This document shows, piece by piece, positions 21,273 to 30,558 of a stretch of DNA of 64,000 nucleotides. Within the stretch, counting starts at the first letter, position 1. Each line of letters starts with the position of its first letter. Source of the DNA: Bacteroidia bacterium (GTDB taxonomy: Bacteria > Bacteroidota > Bacteroidia > UBA4408). Both the position numbers and the translations under genes were made by a program. Below the pieces are notes generated by a model, which had not been told where the DNA came from, ran no database searches, and saw only the letters and a list, made by a program, of their open reading frames with translations. The stretch lies in the NCBI GenBank assembly GCA_043778625.1, contig JAYWFU010000147.1:31516-95515 (forward strand), read 5' to 3'.

Positions 21273-21887
21273 ATGCGATTATTTATAACTCTTAATCTAC
21301 TTATTAATTTGTTAGGCTACACTTGCTGTGTAGCCCAATTTAATTTAGCTTGGAAACTTCAACTCAACAAAAACAATATTCAGGTATATACCGCCAAGCC
21401 TGCTAACGCCAGTGTTAATGCGGTAAAGGCGCATACTGTGTTTAGCGTAGACCCTAACAAAGTACTGTCGTTTTTAATATCGCCTACTATGCACGTTAAA
21501 AATTTGCCTAATTGCAAAAGTTCTACATTGCTTAAAAACATGGGCGATACCAACTATTATTTTCATCAACAATACGACTTGCCTTGGCCTGTGGCCGATA
21601 GAGAGGTAGTGTATTTATTTAAAGTAAAACACTTACCTAATAATTGTATTGCAATAACATCGCAATCAATGCACAATTATATTCCGCCTAACAAAGGCTA
21701 CATACGTATTACCCAATTTGAAGCTCAGTGGAAACTTACTACCTTACCGCTCACTAAAACCGATGCCCATTATATGGCATTGGCTAATCCTGCGGGGAGT
21801 ATTCCTGCGTGGTTTCTTAATTTGTTTATGGTAGATGGTCCTTACACTAGTTTTAAATTAATGCACGAATATTTTAATGGCAACTAA
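21273..21887 (+). CDS. hypothetical secreted protein (possible START/lipid-binding-like fold)
   Basis: Signal peptide; ~200 aa alpha/beta-grip-like size; weak resemblance only. Confidence 0.35.
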   Translation: MRLFITLNLLINLLGYTCCVAQFNLAWKLQLNKNNIQVYTAKPANASVNAVKAHTVFSVDPNKVLSFLISPTMHVKNLPNCKSSTLLKNMGDTNYYFHQQYDLPWPVADREVVYLFKVKHLPNNCIAITSQSMHNYIPPNKGYIRITQFEAQWKLTTLPLTKTDAHYMALANPAGSIPAWFLNLFMVDGPYTSFKLMHEYFNGN

Positions 21888-24210
21888 ATTATTTTTTATA
21901 CTAATAGTATTAAGCTCTGGCACATTTGCACAAACGCTACAACAGGTAGTACGTGGCAAAGTTATTGATGCAGCTTCGCATCAACCCATACCTGGCGCAG
22001 TAGTACTTGTGGCCAAAACATCGCCAATAATTGGTGTAACTACTGATGCTAACGGTAATTATCGTATTGAAAATTGTCCGCTTGGGCAACAACAAATTAT
22101 AATATCCTATATAGGTTATGCGCCTAATAAAGTGCAAGTAATAGTAAACTCGGGTAAGGAAACTATTATAAACGTGGAGCTGGAAGAAAATTACGTGAAT
22201 ATAAAAGAGGTGGAAATAAAAGCAACAACTGACAACACTAAATCAAGTAACGAAATGGCAACCGCCAGCGCACGCCAATTTAGTGTAGACGAAGCCAACC
22301 GCTACGCAGGCAGTTTTAACGACCCTGCACGTATGGCAAGCAACTACGCAGGCGTATCATTAACGAGCGATATCCGCAACGATATTGTAATACGAGGTAA
22401 CTCGCCAAGTGGTGTGCTATGGCGCCTCGACGGCTTTGATATACCTAACCCTAGCCACTTTAGTGCTACAGGCGTTGGGGGCTCAATAAGTATATTGAAT
22501 AATAATTTTATGGCTAATAGTAATTTTTATACTAGTGCTTTCCCGGCAGAGTATAACAATGCGCTAAGCGGTGTGTTTGATATTAAACTACGCAATGGTA
22601 ATAACGAAAAACACGAGTTTACGGCACAGGTTGGTTTTAATGGTTTTGAGGGCAACGCCGAAGGGCCTATTAGCAAGCGTAGAGGGTCAAGTTACATGGT
22701 GGGGTATAGGTACAGCATATTATCGTTTATAAAAAAACTAGGCATTAACTACGGCACTACCAGCGTGCCTCAGTACCAAGACCTTACCTTTAAATTATTT
22801 TTTCCGTTTACCAAGGGTAGTGTTACTTGGTTTACAGTTGGCGGTATTGGCAGCAACGATATACTAGGCAAAAATGTTGCACCTACTGATTTTGTAGGCG
22901 TAAAAGAATTTAACATTGCCTTTAAATCAATAATGGGAGTTAGCGCAGTATCGTTTAATTACAACCTTAACACTAAATCGTACTTGCGCTGTGTGGCAGG
23001 TGCCACCTACGATGGCAGTGCTTTGGTATTAGACACTGTTATTAACAATGGTATAGCACCGTTTCGTAACGAACAAAATAATAGATTTAAACAAGGCGCA
23101 CATACTTATATTAACACCAAGCATAGCACACGGCTAACGTCTCGCATTGGGCTAATAACCGACAATATAGGCTACCAAAATAGCAATGTGCGTAATTATG
23201 GTGCAGTGGCAAAAACCATATTTAATGCATCAGGCAATGCGTTGCTACTACGTGCCTACGCCGAAAGTAATTATAAAATAACGCCTACACTTACCGCCAA
23301 TACTGGGGTAGCGTATATGCACTTTTTGTTAAATAATACTCAAGCTATTGAGCCACGTGCTGGGCTAGCTTGGCAAGCTCTACCTTTGCATCGCTTTAGC
23401 CTAGCGTATGGTGCACACAATAAGTACCAAGAGTTGCCCATTTATTTTATTGAAACTCCTTTAAAAAATGGCGATGTATCATTGACCAACAAAAACTTAA
23501 AACCCACACAATCGCACCAATTAGTAGCTAGCTACGACTGGAGTATTAATGAATACTGGCGCATAAAAACTGAAACCTATTATCAACAGTTACGCAATGC
23601 GCCTATCGAGCAACGTGCCACATCGTTTAGTATGCTTAATGCAGGAGCGGCGTTAGCTTTACCTTACGTAGATAGTTTGGCAAGCAAAGGCCTAGGGCGC
23701 AACTATGGCGCAGAGTTTACGCTAGAGCAAAGTATGCACAAGGGGTTTTATGGCTTGCTTACATTATCGTTATTTAAAAGTGAATACAAAGGAGGCGACA
23801 ACTTATGGCGTAGAACTGCTTTTAGTAGCAACTACGCCAGCAACGTACTGTTGGGTAAAGAATTTAAACTCAATCAAAAGCTTACTTTAACTAGCGACAT
23901 TAAAATAACCGTAGCAGGCGGTAGGCGTTACAGCCCAGTAGATACGTTAGCTTCGCAAATAGCTGGGTTTGTAGTACGCAACGAAACTAACGCCTACTCG
24001 CAACAATACAAGCAATATCAACGCATGGATATTAGAGTTGGCTGTAGGCAAAATTTTAAACATGCCGCCCACGAGTTAGCCATAAGCCTTACCAATGTTA
24101 CCAACCACAAAAATATATTTGATGTAGTGTATAACCCCACTACCAAAGCTATTTATTATACCTATCAGCTACAATTTGTACCTATACTACTCTACCGTAT
24201 TTATTTTTAA
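21877..24210 (+). CDS. TonB-dependent receptor with N-terminal CarboxypepD_reg-like domain
   Basis: 777 aa; signal peptide, VRGKVIDA...PGAVV carboxypeptidase-regulatory fold, plug region, C-terminal aromatic terminus (RIYF). Confidence 0.8.
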   Translation: MATKLFFILIVLSSGTFAQTLQQVVRGKVIDAASHQPIPGAVVLVAKTSPIIGVTTDANGNYRIENCPLGQQQIIISYIGYAPNKVQVIVNSGKETIINVELEENYVNIKEVEIKATTDNTKSSNEMATASARQFSVDEANRYAGSFNDPARMASNYAGVSLTSDIRNDIVIRGNSPSGVLWRLDGFDIPNPSHFSATGVGGSISILNNNFMANSNFYTSAFPAEYNNALSGVFDIKLRNGNNEKHEFTAQVGFNGFEGNAEGPISKRRGSSYMVGYRYSILSFIKKLGINYGTTSVPQYQDLTFKLFFPFTKGSVTWFTVGGIGSNDILGKNVAPTDFVGVKEFNIAFKSIMGVSAVSFNYNLNTKSYLRCVAGATYDGSALVLDTVINNGIAPFRNEQNNRFKQGAHTYINTKHSTRLTSRIGLITDNIGYQNSNVRNYGAVAKTIFNASGNALLLRAYAESNYKITPTLTANTGVAYMHFLLNNTQAIEPRAGLAWQALPLHRFSLAYGAHNKYQELPIYFIETPLKNGDVSLTNKNLKPTQSHQLVASYDWSINEYWRIKTETYYQQLRNAPIEQRATSFSMLNAGAALALPYVDSLASKGLGRNYGAEFTLEQSMHKGFYGLLTLSLFKSEYKGGDNLWRRTAFSSNYASNVLLGKEFKLNQKLTLTSDIKITVAGGRRYSPVDTLASQIAGFVVRNETNAYSQQYKQYQRMDIRVGCRQNFKHAAHELAISLTNVTNHKNIFDVVYNPTTKAIYYTYQLQFVPILLYRIYF

Positions 24211-24297
24211 ATAATTAACTAGTGGTTAGTTTAATATTAAAACTATGCCTACGCTTTAATTTTTATATTTACGTATTAAAATATTCTTAAAAAAACA

Positions 24298-24819
24298 GTG
24301 GCAAAATTTACACTCGACATAGCCGAAGAAATTGATTTTAACCTAATTGCAGTAGCTAGTCATACCAAAATGTACAAGCTGTGTTGGGCTATTAATGCAC
24401 AGTTGGGCTTTAAGTTCATAAAACACGATGATTTTATTATAAGAGAATCATTTTCGACTTTTAGACATTATTCGAGTTACAAATTTTACCAAGAAAACAC
24501 TGAAATATTTTATCAACTCATTGAAAACAAGGGGCAACTAGTATCGCACAAAAACACTCAAAACCTACCAATTGACGAGGGAGTGAGCTATTTAATAAAA
24601 GAGCATAAAAATTTTAATTATTTTTTGTACATCAACGGAATTTTTATCGAAAGCGATTATCATCTTTTGTTAAAAGAATTACGCAACATACCCCGCATAC
24701 TTACTACATTTGAAATAGATTTACAACAAATTAAAAACCGAAGTATATTTTTAGACTATGATCCCTTTAAACAAAACAAAAATAGTAGCCACATTAGGGC
24801 CAGCGTCCGACAGTCCTGA
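24298..24819 (+). CDS. conserved hypothetical protein immediately upstream of and overlapping pyk (possibly the Bacteroidota pyk-associated small protein family)
   Basis: 173-aa ORF; overlaps the pyk start by about 60 bp in another frame; family assignment uncertain. Confidence 0.4.
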   Translation: MAKFTLDIAEEIDFNLIAVASHTKMYKLCWAINAQLGFKFIKHDDFIIRESFSTFRHYSSYKFYQENTEIFYQLIENKGQLVSHKNTQNLPIDEGVSYLIKEHKNFNYFLYINGIFIESDYHLLLKELRNIPRILTTFEIDLQQIKNRSIFLDYDPFKQNKNSSHIRASVRQS

Positions 24820-26185
24820 AATAATTGAACAAATGATTAAAACTGGCGTGGATGTGTTTCGCGTTAATTTTAGCCATGTAGATTATGATCGTGTGCGCCG
24901 TACCATTGAAACCATACAAGAAATTAATCTACGTCTTAATACGCACGTGGCTATACTAGCTGACTTGCAAGGCCCTAAATTGCGCATAGGCGAGGTAGAA
25001 AACGGATTGGTGGAACTAGTGCCTGGCAACGAAGTAATATTTACTACCGAAAAATGTATAGGTACTGCCGAACGCTTGTTTATTACTTATCCGCAGTTTC
25101 CGAAGGACGTAAAAGTGGGCGAAAAAATATTGGTAGAAGATGGTAAATTTCAGCTAGAAGTAATAGCCACCAACCAAACTGACGAAGTACGTGCACGTGT
25201 ATTATATGGTGGAAAGTTAGCCAGTAAAAAAGGAGTGAACCTACCTAACACCAAAATATCGTTGCCGTGCCTTACCGAAAAAGATTTATTTGATTTGGAG
25301 TTTGCCTTAAGTTGCAACGTAAATTGGATAGGCTTATCATTTGTACGTAATGCAGCCGATATTATTGAGTTGCGCCACATTATTACCAACCACGGACGCC
25401 GTACACGTATTGTAGCAAAAATTGAAAAGCCCGAAGCTATTGTTGATATTGATAATATTATAAAAGAAACTGATGCCGTAATGGTGGCACGTGGCGACTT
25501 GGGAGTTGAAATTCCGTACGAGGAAGTGCCCCTAATACAAAAAGAAATTGTACGCAAATGCCTTGATGCCAGCAAGCCCGTTATTATTGCTACGCAGATG
25601 ATGGAGAGCATGATAACTAACATACAACCTACCCGCGCTGAAGTAAGCGATGTAGCCAACGGTGTATTAGATGGTGCTGATGCTGTAATGCTAAGTGGCG
25701 AAACATCAGTAGGTGCGCACCCTGTAAAGGTTATTGAGGCAATGCAAAAAATTATTGCACAAGTAGAGGCTAAAGGGTACCGTTACAATAGAGTACGCCC
25801 CGCTATTGAAAAAACAAGTGAGCGTTTCATTACCGAAAGCATTTGTTTTAGTGCGGCACAACTTACGCAAGCCACTGGTACTAAGGCTATTGTAACTATG
25901 ACACACAGTGGATTTACAGCATTTAAGCTAAGCGGCTATCGCCCTAATGCTGTTATATACATGTTTACTGACAACCAAGCTATACTAGATATGATGAACC
26001 TAGTGTGGGGAGTACGTGGTTTTTATTATAACAAAAACATAAGTACCGACCACACCATAGCCGATATTAAGCACACTCTTAAAGCTGATGGCTGGCTTAC
26101 CGAAGGCGAGTATATCATAAACATAGCCTCTATACCATTAGGCGAAAAAGGTAAGACCAATATGCTTAAAATAAGCACAATATAG
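24758..26185 (+). CDS. pyk: pyruvate kinase
   Basis: KTKIVATLGPAS start, MVARGDLG, MLSGETS motifs; 475 aa. Confidence 0.9.
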   Translation: MIPLNKTKIVATLGPASDSPEIIEQMIKTGVDVFRVNFSHVDYDRVRRTIETIQEINLRLNTHVAILADLQGPKLRIGEVENGLVELVPGNEVIFTTEKCIGTAERLFITYPQFPKDVKVGEKILVEDGKFQLEVIATNQTDEVRARVLYGGKLASKKGVNLPNTKISLPCLTEKDLFDLEFALSCNVNWIGLSFVRNAADIIELRHIITNHGRRTRIVAKIEKPEAIVDIDNIIKETDAVMVARGDLGVEIPYEEVPLIQKEIVRKCLDASKPVIIATQMMESMITNIQPTRAEVSDVANGVLDGADAVMLSGETSVGAHPVKVIEAMQKIIAQVEAKGYRYNRVRPAIEKTSERFITESICFSAAQLTQATGTKAIVTMTHSGFTAFKLSGYRPNAVIYMFTDNQAILDMMNLVWGVRGFYYNKNISTDHTIADIKHTLKADGWLTEGEYIINIASIPLGEKGKTNMLKISTI

Positions 26186-26258
26186 CACGACTAAAAAATA
26201 CCTAATTAAATAGTTGCAAAACAATAAACTAATAGTAGTTTTGTGCCAGTAATAAAAA

Positions 26259-26335
26259 ATGGTCTGGTAGCTCAGCTGGATAGAGCAACTGCTTTCTAAG
26301 CAGTCGGTCATTGGTTCGAATCCAATCCGGATCAC
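26259..26335 (+). tRNA. tRNA-Arg (anticodon TCT)
   Basis: Cloverleaf read directly: acceptor GGTCTGG/CCGGATC, D-arm GCTC-AGCTGGATA-GAGC, anticodon stem ACTGC/GCAGT with loop TTTCTAA (TCT), T-arm ATTGG-TTCGAAT-CCAAT. Confidence 0.9.
26323..26335. repeat. attL core (CAATCCGGATCAC) within the 3' end of tRNA-Arg
   Basis: Identical 13-mer recurs at 44785-44797 (extended imperfect match GATTCAATCCGGATCAC). Confidence 0.7.
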
Positions 26336-26366
26336 CTTTACACCGTTCTTTATTATCTTGTTTTAG

Positions 26367-26412
26367 CTAATTTGCCCTAAAAACTAGGGTTTTAGGGCAA
26401 ATTAGTTTTTTT
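26367..26412 (+). terminator. rho-independent terminator hairpin (CTAATTTGCCCTAA...TTAGGGCAAATTAG + T7) just inside attL, downstream of tRNA-Arg
   Basis: Perfect 14-bp inverted repeat followed by TTTTTTT. Confidence 0.6.
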
Positions 26413-26445
26413 GGGTTGTTCCTTTTTACTTCGTTTTGACACACT

Positions 26446-26468
26446 TTGTAGAACCATTGTAGAACCAA
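26446..26468 (+). promoter_or_regulatory. two tandem TTGTAGAACCA motifs (candidate integrase arm-type sites) upstream of int
   Basis: TTGTAGAACCAtTGTAGAACCA; related GTAGAACCA motifs recur twice at 44712-44743 near attR. Confidence 0.45.
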
Positions 26469-26473
26469 AAAAA

Positions 26474-27592
26474 ATGAACACTTACACCGTAGTATTACGA
26501 AAAGACAGATTAAACAAAAACGGGCAAGCGCCTATATTATTTGTAGCAACGTTAAATCGTGAACAAGTAAAATTAAGTACAGGTATTACAGTTAATCCTA
26601 AGGATTGGTGTGCAGTATCGTGTACGATACTCAAAAATACAAATAACGATTTAGCTATTATCAAGCTAAATGAAATTATTGCAAAGGCGGACAGATATAA
26701 ATATTTGTTGTTGCTTGATAGTTTGTGTGTAAGCCCTAGCGATTTTGTAAAACACGTATTTGAACAAAAAAAAGAACATTTGCGCCATTGTTTTTATAGC
26801 CTAGCTACTGAAATATTTGAAACAAAGAATGTTTGCCACGAGCGCACAGAACATTACAATGTATTTATTAAACAACTAAGGTTATACGCTCCAAAACTTA
26901 AAGTACAGGAGGTTAACTACAGCTTTTGCGTTAAGTACTTTAATTGGCTAGAGCTTAAGTATAATAATAGTGCAAATACCAAAATACAAAAGCTCAAAAT
27001 TTTAGGGTTAATACTTAACGAAGCCGTTAGGCGTGGCGACATTACCAAAAATACAATTACCGACTATAAAATTAAGGGTACAAAGGGTAAGCGTACGGCC
27101 TTAACTAAGGAAGAATTACAGGTTATTGAAACTAAGTATATAGTTAACGACCTAGTACCACACTTGCAAAATACGTTACAATGCTTTTTGTTTATGTGTT
27201 ATACTGGCATGAGATACAGCGACATGAAAAAATTTAGCCTTACCGATGTTGAAAACAACGTAATTAAAATACAGCAGGGCAAAACCCAAAGCTGGGTGCA
27301 TATACCATTACTGCCACAAGCTCAAAAATTATTAGCTAATAGCGAACTAAAAGTACTAAGCGGCCAAAAGCTCAACCAAAATTTAAAAACTATTGTGCAA
27401 AGTTTAAATTTAACCAAAGCTATTACCTGCCACATAGCACGCCATACGTTTGCTACTATTGGTTTAAATACTGGTGTACCGTTAGAGGTAGTAAGCGAGG
27501 TACTAGGGCATAAATCGTTAGCTGTAACACGTATTTATGCTAAAATGAACGACACCTATAAAATTGAACAAATGGCAAAGTGGGGGCAATAA
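26474..27592 (+). CDS. int: tyrosine-type site-specific integrase (Bacteroidota phage-integrase family)
   Basis: C-terminal catalytic region HIARHTFATIGLNTGVPLEVVSEVLGHKSLAVTRIYAKM; ORF opens at 26411 but the ATG at 26474 (MNTYTVV...) lies past the arm-type repeats. Confidence 0.9.
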   Translation: MNTYTVVLRKDRLNKNGQAPILFVATLNREQVKLSTGITVNPKDWCAVSCTILKNTNNDLAIIKLNEIIAKADRYKYLLLLDSLCVSPSDFVKHVFEQKKEHLRHCFYSLATEIFETKNVCHERTEHYNVFIKQLRLYAPKLKVQEVNYSFCVKYFNWLELKYNNSANTKIQKLKILGLILNEAVRRGDITKNTITDYKIKGTKGKRTALTKEELQVIETKYIVNDLVPHLQNTLQCFLFMCYTGMRYSDMKKFSLTDVENNVIKIQQGKTQSWVHIPLLPQAQKLLANSELKVLSGQKLNQNLKTIVQSLNLTKAITCHIARHTFATIGLNTGVPLEVVSEVLGHKSLAVTRIYAKMNDTYKIEQMAKWGQ

Positions 27593-27654
27593 AATAAGCC
27601 CCTAACAACTTAATGTTAGGGGCTTACTAAAGCAGTTGTAGCCTTACGGGGCTA

Positions 27655-27846
27655 CTATTGAAATCTGCTATTTTTTTTCCATTTGTCTAGGTACATTTTT
27701 ATTGTAAATAAACCTACGAATATACTTACACCGTAGGCTACACCTTGCAATACAGGGTTTATAACACTCATAGTTTCTACTATTTTACCGCCAAAACAAG
27801 CTATAAAAGCTAATAAGGGTTGTTTTTGTATAAAATTTAGTAACAT
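27655..27846 (-). CDS. small two-TM membrane protein
   Basis: 63 aa, two hydrophobic helices. Confidence 0.35.
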   Translation of the reverse strand: MLLNFIQKQPLLAFIACFGGKIVETMSVINPVLQGVAYGVSIFVGLFTIKMYLDKWKKNSRFQ

Positions 27847-27850
27847 AGCT

Positions 27851-28108
27851 TTAGCGTAAAATGGTTATTACACTCTGAAAATCAGCTAGTGAGATTTTGC
27901 CAGTTAAAAAAGCTAATAGCGTACCTATTGTAACTGCGCTTGTGGTAAATCGTAGCCAATCAAACCCACTCAAAGTTGGGTGTTGGCTATCAATATTGGC
28001 TTTAATAGTGCTTACTACAGGTATGCTATCCAATAGGCCTAAGCCTATTGATTTTAATTTTTTCTTTAGTAGTAATCGTTTTAATAGTCCCATAATAATT
28101 AAGTGCAT
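27851..28108 (-). CDS. hypothetical protein
   Basis: 85-aa ORF, tight spacing in minus-strand operon. Confidence 0.35.
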   Translation of the reverse strand: MHLIIMGLLKRLLLKKKLKSIGLGLLDSIPVVSTIKANIDSQHPTLSGFDWLRFTTSAVTIGTLLAFLTGKISLADFQSVITILR

Positions 28109-28113
28109 TTAGT

Positions 28114-28347
28114 TTATTTTTTCTTAGTGGCTTTTTTTCGTGGCGCACGTTTTACCACTTCGTAGCCATGTGGCATTTTGTACCCTAAGCGTTTTAAATC
28201 TTGTTGTACGGTTGTGCTTTTTTTACTTTTTACAGTTGCTTTTTTCTTTGGCGCAACTTTTTTGCGTGCAACTTTCTTAGCTACTTTCTTGGGCGCACGT
28301 TTTTTAACGGCTACTTTTTGGGTTGGTTTTCGTTTTGTGGTTGCCAT
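28114..28347 (-). CDS. lysine/alanine-rich histone-H1-like basic protein (basic tail N-terminal, small domain C-terminal)
   Basis: 77 aa; KKVAKKVARKKVAPKKK repeats then LKRLGYKMPHGYEVVKR. Confidence 0.5.
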   Translation of the reverse strand: MATTKRKPTQKVAVKKRAPKKVAKKVARKKVAPKKKATVKSKKSTTVQQDLKRLGYKMPHGYEVVKRAPRKKATKKK

Positions 28348-28349
28348 AA

Positions 28350-28547
28350 CTATTTTTTCTTAGCGGTTTTACGTACTGTTTTTTTAGCTACTCGCTTTTT
28401 GGGCGCAGCTTTCTTTTTGGCAGCTACTTTTTTAGTTGTTTTTTTGCCACTAGCCATTTTAGACTTGCACGCATTACCTGCGCCGTCAATGTAGTATAAA
28501 TAGCCTTTCTCACGTTTCACTACTCCTTTTTTTATAATTGTTCCCAT
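28350..28547 (-). CDS. lysine/alanine-rich histone-H1-like basic protein (small domain N-terminal, basic tail C-terminal)
   Basis: 65 aa; KGYLYYIDGAGN domain then KKTTKKVAAKKKAAPKKR tail; mirror image of its neighbour. Confidence 0.5.
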   Translation of the reverse strand: MGTIIKKGVVKREKGYLYYIDGAGNACKSKMASGKKTTKKVAAKKKAAPKKRVAKKTVRKTAKKK

Positions 28548-28575
28548 GTTGTTGTTTTGTTTTTTGTTTGAATTA

Positions 28576-28938
28576 TTATTGATTATTTACTGTATTGTCA
28601 ATTGATTTTATGCAATGGTCTTTGTCAATTTTATTGAGTGTGCTTGCTATTAGTTTACCAAACTTGGTAAGCGTATTACGCTGTTGGTTTTTGCCAAGTG
28701 CTGAGCTTATTGTTTCTAATCCGTTGCCAAATAGGTAGCCATTTTTTTTAATTAGCAAATCATTCATTGCATAGCCTAATAGGGCGTTGCCGTAGCGGTC
28801 TTTGCTTAGTGCAAGGTCTAAAGCATACTGGCTGTATTGCTTGCGTTGTAAGCTACGCACCACTCCGTACATGTATCCAAATGGTGTAAGCGTAAGTTTT
28901 AATAACGAGGCAACTTGTAGTAGTAAAAAGTTAATCAT
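28576..28938 (-). CDS. hypothetical protein
   Basis: 120-aa ORF. Confidence 0.4.
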   Translation of the reverse strand: MINFLLLQVASLLKLTLTPFGYMYGVVRSLQRKQYSQYALDLALSKDRYGNALLGYAMNDLLIKKNGYLFGNGLETISSALGKNQQRNTLTKFGKLIASTLNKIDKDHCIKSIDNTVNNQ

Positions 28939-28941
28939 GGC

Positions 28942-29280
28942 TTATATGAATTTATCAATGTTTTTAACTACATACTGTTGTATGATACTTGTAACTGCTA
29001 CTGGCTTACTTAATAACATTATTAGGTAATCGTATGTACCCATGGTTGTGCCGTCGGGCAATGTGGTACTATCGTTGTTGGTAGTTATTAACTGTACTAC
29101 TTTAGGCGCAAAAGTGTTGGTAATATCCACGTCCTGCGCATCGTAATATTTAACTACACACGTTAATGCTATTGCGCTCGTACTTGCTTTTATTTGTAGG
29201 TCTTGTGCATCTACTTTTATTTTAATGCTGGCAAACAAAGGGTGTGTTTTGTTAATGTCAATTTGTATTATCTTATCCAT
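28942..29280 (-). CDS. hypothetical protein
   Basis: 112-aa ORF. Confidence 0.4.
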   Translation of the reverse strand: MDKIIQIDINKTHPLFASIKIKVDAQDLQIKASTSAIALTCVVKYYDAQDVDITNTFAPKVVQLITTNNDSTTLPDGTTMGTYDYLIMLLSKPVAVTSIIQQYVVKNIDKFI

Positions 29281-29307
29281 GATTGTTGTTGTTTTTGAGT
29301 TTATAAT

Positions 29308-30558
29308 TTATGCTATTCTACGCCAATGTCCGCTTGCAAAAGCCATAAACGTTGCGCTACTGCCGTAAGTGCCTACATTGGCTAATGTGGTGGTGGCGGT
29401 AAATGTGCCTGTAAGGTTTTCAATAAGTTGTGTAGGACCTAGTGTGGCTAGGGTTACAGTACCTGCACCAGTTCGTTTAACTACATACACTGTACCTGGC
29501 ACGTTAATAGGGTCGGGCAAGGTAACGGTGCGTGCCACTGCATTGTACATGTATAGTGCGTAGTGAGTGGTGTTTAGGGTAATATCTAAGTCGTTAATAA
29601 TGCCCTTGTGTCTTTCGCTATTATTAAATATTGCCACACCGTTTATGGTATGCGCACCGTTTACTGTAGTGTTACCACCTAGTATAGTAGTACCTGTAAC
29701 ATCAAGCGTGGCAGTGGGTGCAACGGCACTACCTACTCGTAGTTGGCTAGTAACACGTACATGGCTACCCTGTATTTCAATAGGGAATAAATTGCTAAAC
29801 GTTTGCAAATATCCTACTCCAGTTATCCACGCTAGTCTAAAATAATTAGTGGCGTTTAGCCCTACTTCAAGCGTACCGCTGTTGTACAAACTTAGTGTGC
29901 CTGTAGCTAAGTTGTATATAAAGTTAGCACTACTAGCAAGCCTATTAATTGCTGCGCTAAAAAATGGCACACGTGTGGTATTGCCTGTTATTGCGCCTAG
30001 TGCGGTATTAATCTCGTTTTGTTGTGCGGTACTTACGGGCTTAGCTATATCAGCTGTATTATCTACATTACCAAGCCCTACCTGCGCTTTAGTAGTACCG
30101 TGTGGGTTGGCAGTGTTGCCAGTATGTGTGTTTAAATTAATTTGTACCCCTGTAATAGCTGTGTTTTGCGCAGTACTTACTGGTTTATTAATATCACTGG
30201 TGTTATCTACGTTACCAAGTCCTACCTGCGCTTTAGTAGTACCGTGTGGGTTGGCAGTGTTGCCAGTATGTGTGTTTAAATTAATTTGTACACCTGTAAT
30301 AGCTGTGTTTTGCGCTGTACTTACAGGTTTGTTAATGTCGCTGGTGTTATCTACGTTACCAAGTCCTACCTGCGCTTTGGTAGTGCTGTGTGGGTTGGCT
30401 ACATCGCTAGTATGTGCGGTTATATTTTGTTGTGATGTTGTTGCAACATTATCAATATTTGTTTGTAGTGTAGTTGTTACACCATCAACAATAGCTGTTA
30501 CTTCGCCCGAAGTTAAACCGCTAGTTGCATTTACTTTATAAGTACGTTTAAGAGCCAT
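29308..30558 (-). CDS. spike/tail-fibre-like protein with three tandem phage-fibre repeats (Phage_fiber_2-type GLGNVDNTSDxxKPVSTAxQ)
   Basis: 416 aa; repeat NPHGTTKAQVGLGNVDNTSDINKPVSTAQNTAITGVQINLNTHTGNTA x3. Confidence 0.75.
   Translation of the reverse strand: MALKRTYKVNATSGLTSGEVTAIVDGVTTTLQTNIDNVATTSQQNITAHTSDVANPHSTTKAQVGLGNVDNTSDINKPVSTAQNTAITGVQINLNTHTGNTANPHGTTKAQVGLGNVDNTSDINKPVSTAQNTAITGVQINLNTHTGNTANPHGTTKAQVGLGNVDNTADIAKPVSTAQQNEINTALGAITGNTTRVPFFSAAINRLASSANFIYNLATGTLSLYNSGTLEVGLNATNYFRLAWITGVGYLQTFSNLFPIEIQGSHVRVTSQLRVGSAVAPTATLDVTGTTILGGNTTVNGAHTINGVAIFNNSERHKGIINDLDITLNTTHYALYMYNAVARTVTLPDPINVPGTVYVVKRTGAGTVTLATLGPTQLIENLTGTFTATTTLANVGTYGSSATFMAFASGHWRRIA
29995..30425. repeat. 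~144-bp tandem DNA repeat, about 2.8 copies, encoding the fibre repeats
   Basis: Near-identical copies read directly (…tacctgcgctttagtagtaccgtgtgggttggcagtgttgccagtatgtgtgtttaaattaatttgtac…). Confidence 0.8.

Noticed and set aside
25150-25906. Minus-strand ORFs inside pyk
   Set aside because: Antisense shadow ORFs of a conserved gene
26411-26473. N-terminal extension of the integrase ORF (MGCSFLLRFDTLCRTIVEPKK)
   Set aside because: It would translate through the tandem TTGTAGAACCA arm-type repeats; the ATG at 26474 gives a conventional integrase N-terminus
28178-28494. Plus-strand ORFs (61 and 97 aa, F/L-rich) opposite the two basic-protein genes
   Set aside because: Translations are homopolymer-like complements of Lys/Ala codons (F/L-rich); antisense artefacts
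29995-30425. Possible CRISPR array because of regularly spaced repeats
   Set aside because: Units are 144 bp, contiguous with no spacers, lie in-frame in a protein with a known fibre repeat, and no cas genes are nearby
29369-30541. Plus-strand ORFs (64-230 aa) antisense to the spike gene, including a 230-aa repeat-containing one
   Set aside because: Produced by reading the 144-bp repeats on the opposite strand; hydrophobic low-complexity products; the sense strand encodes a recognisable phage-fibre repeat
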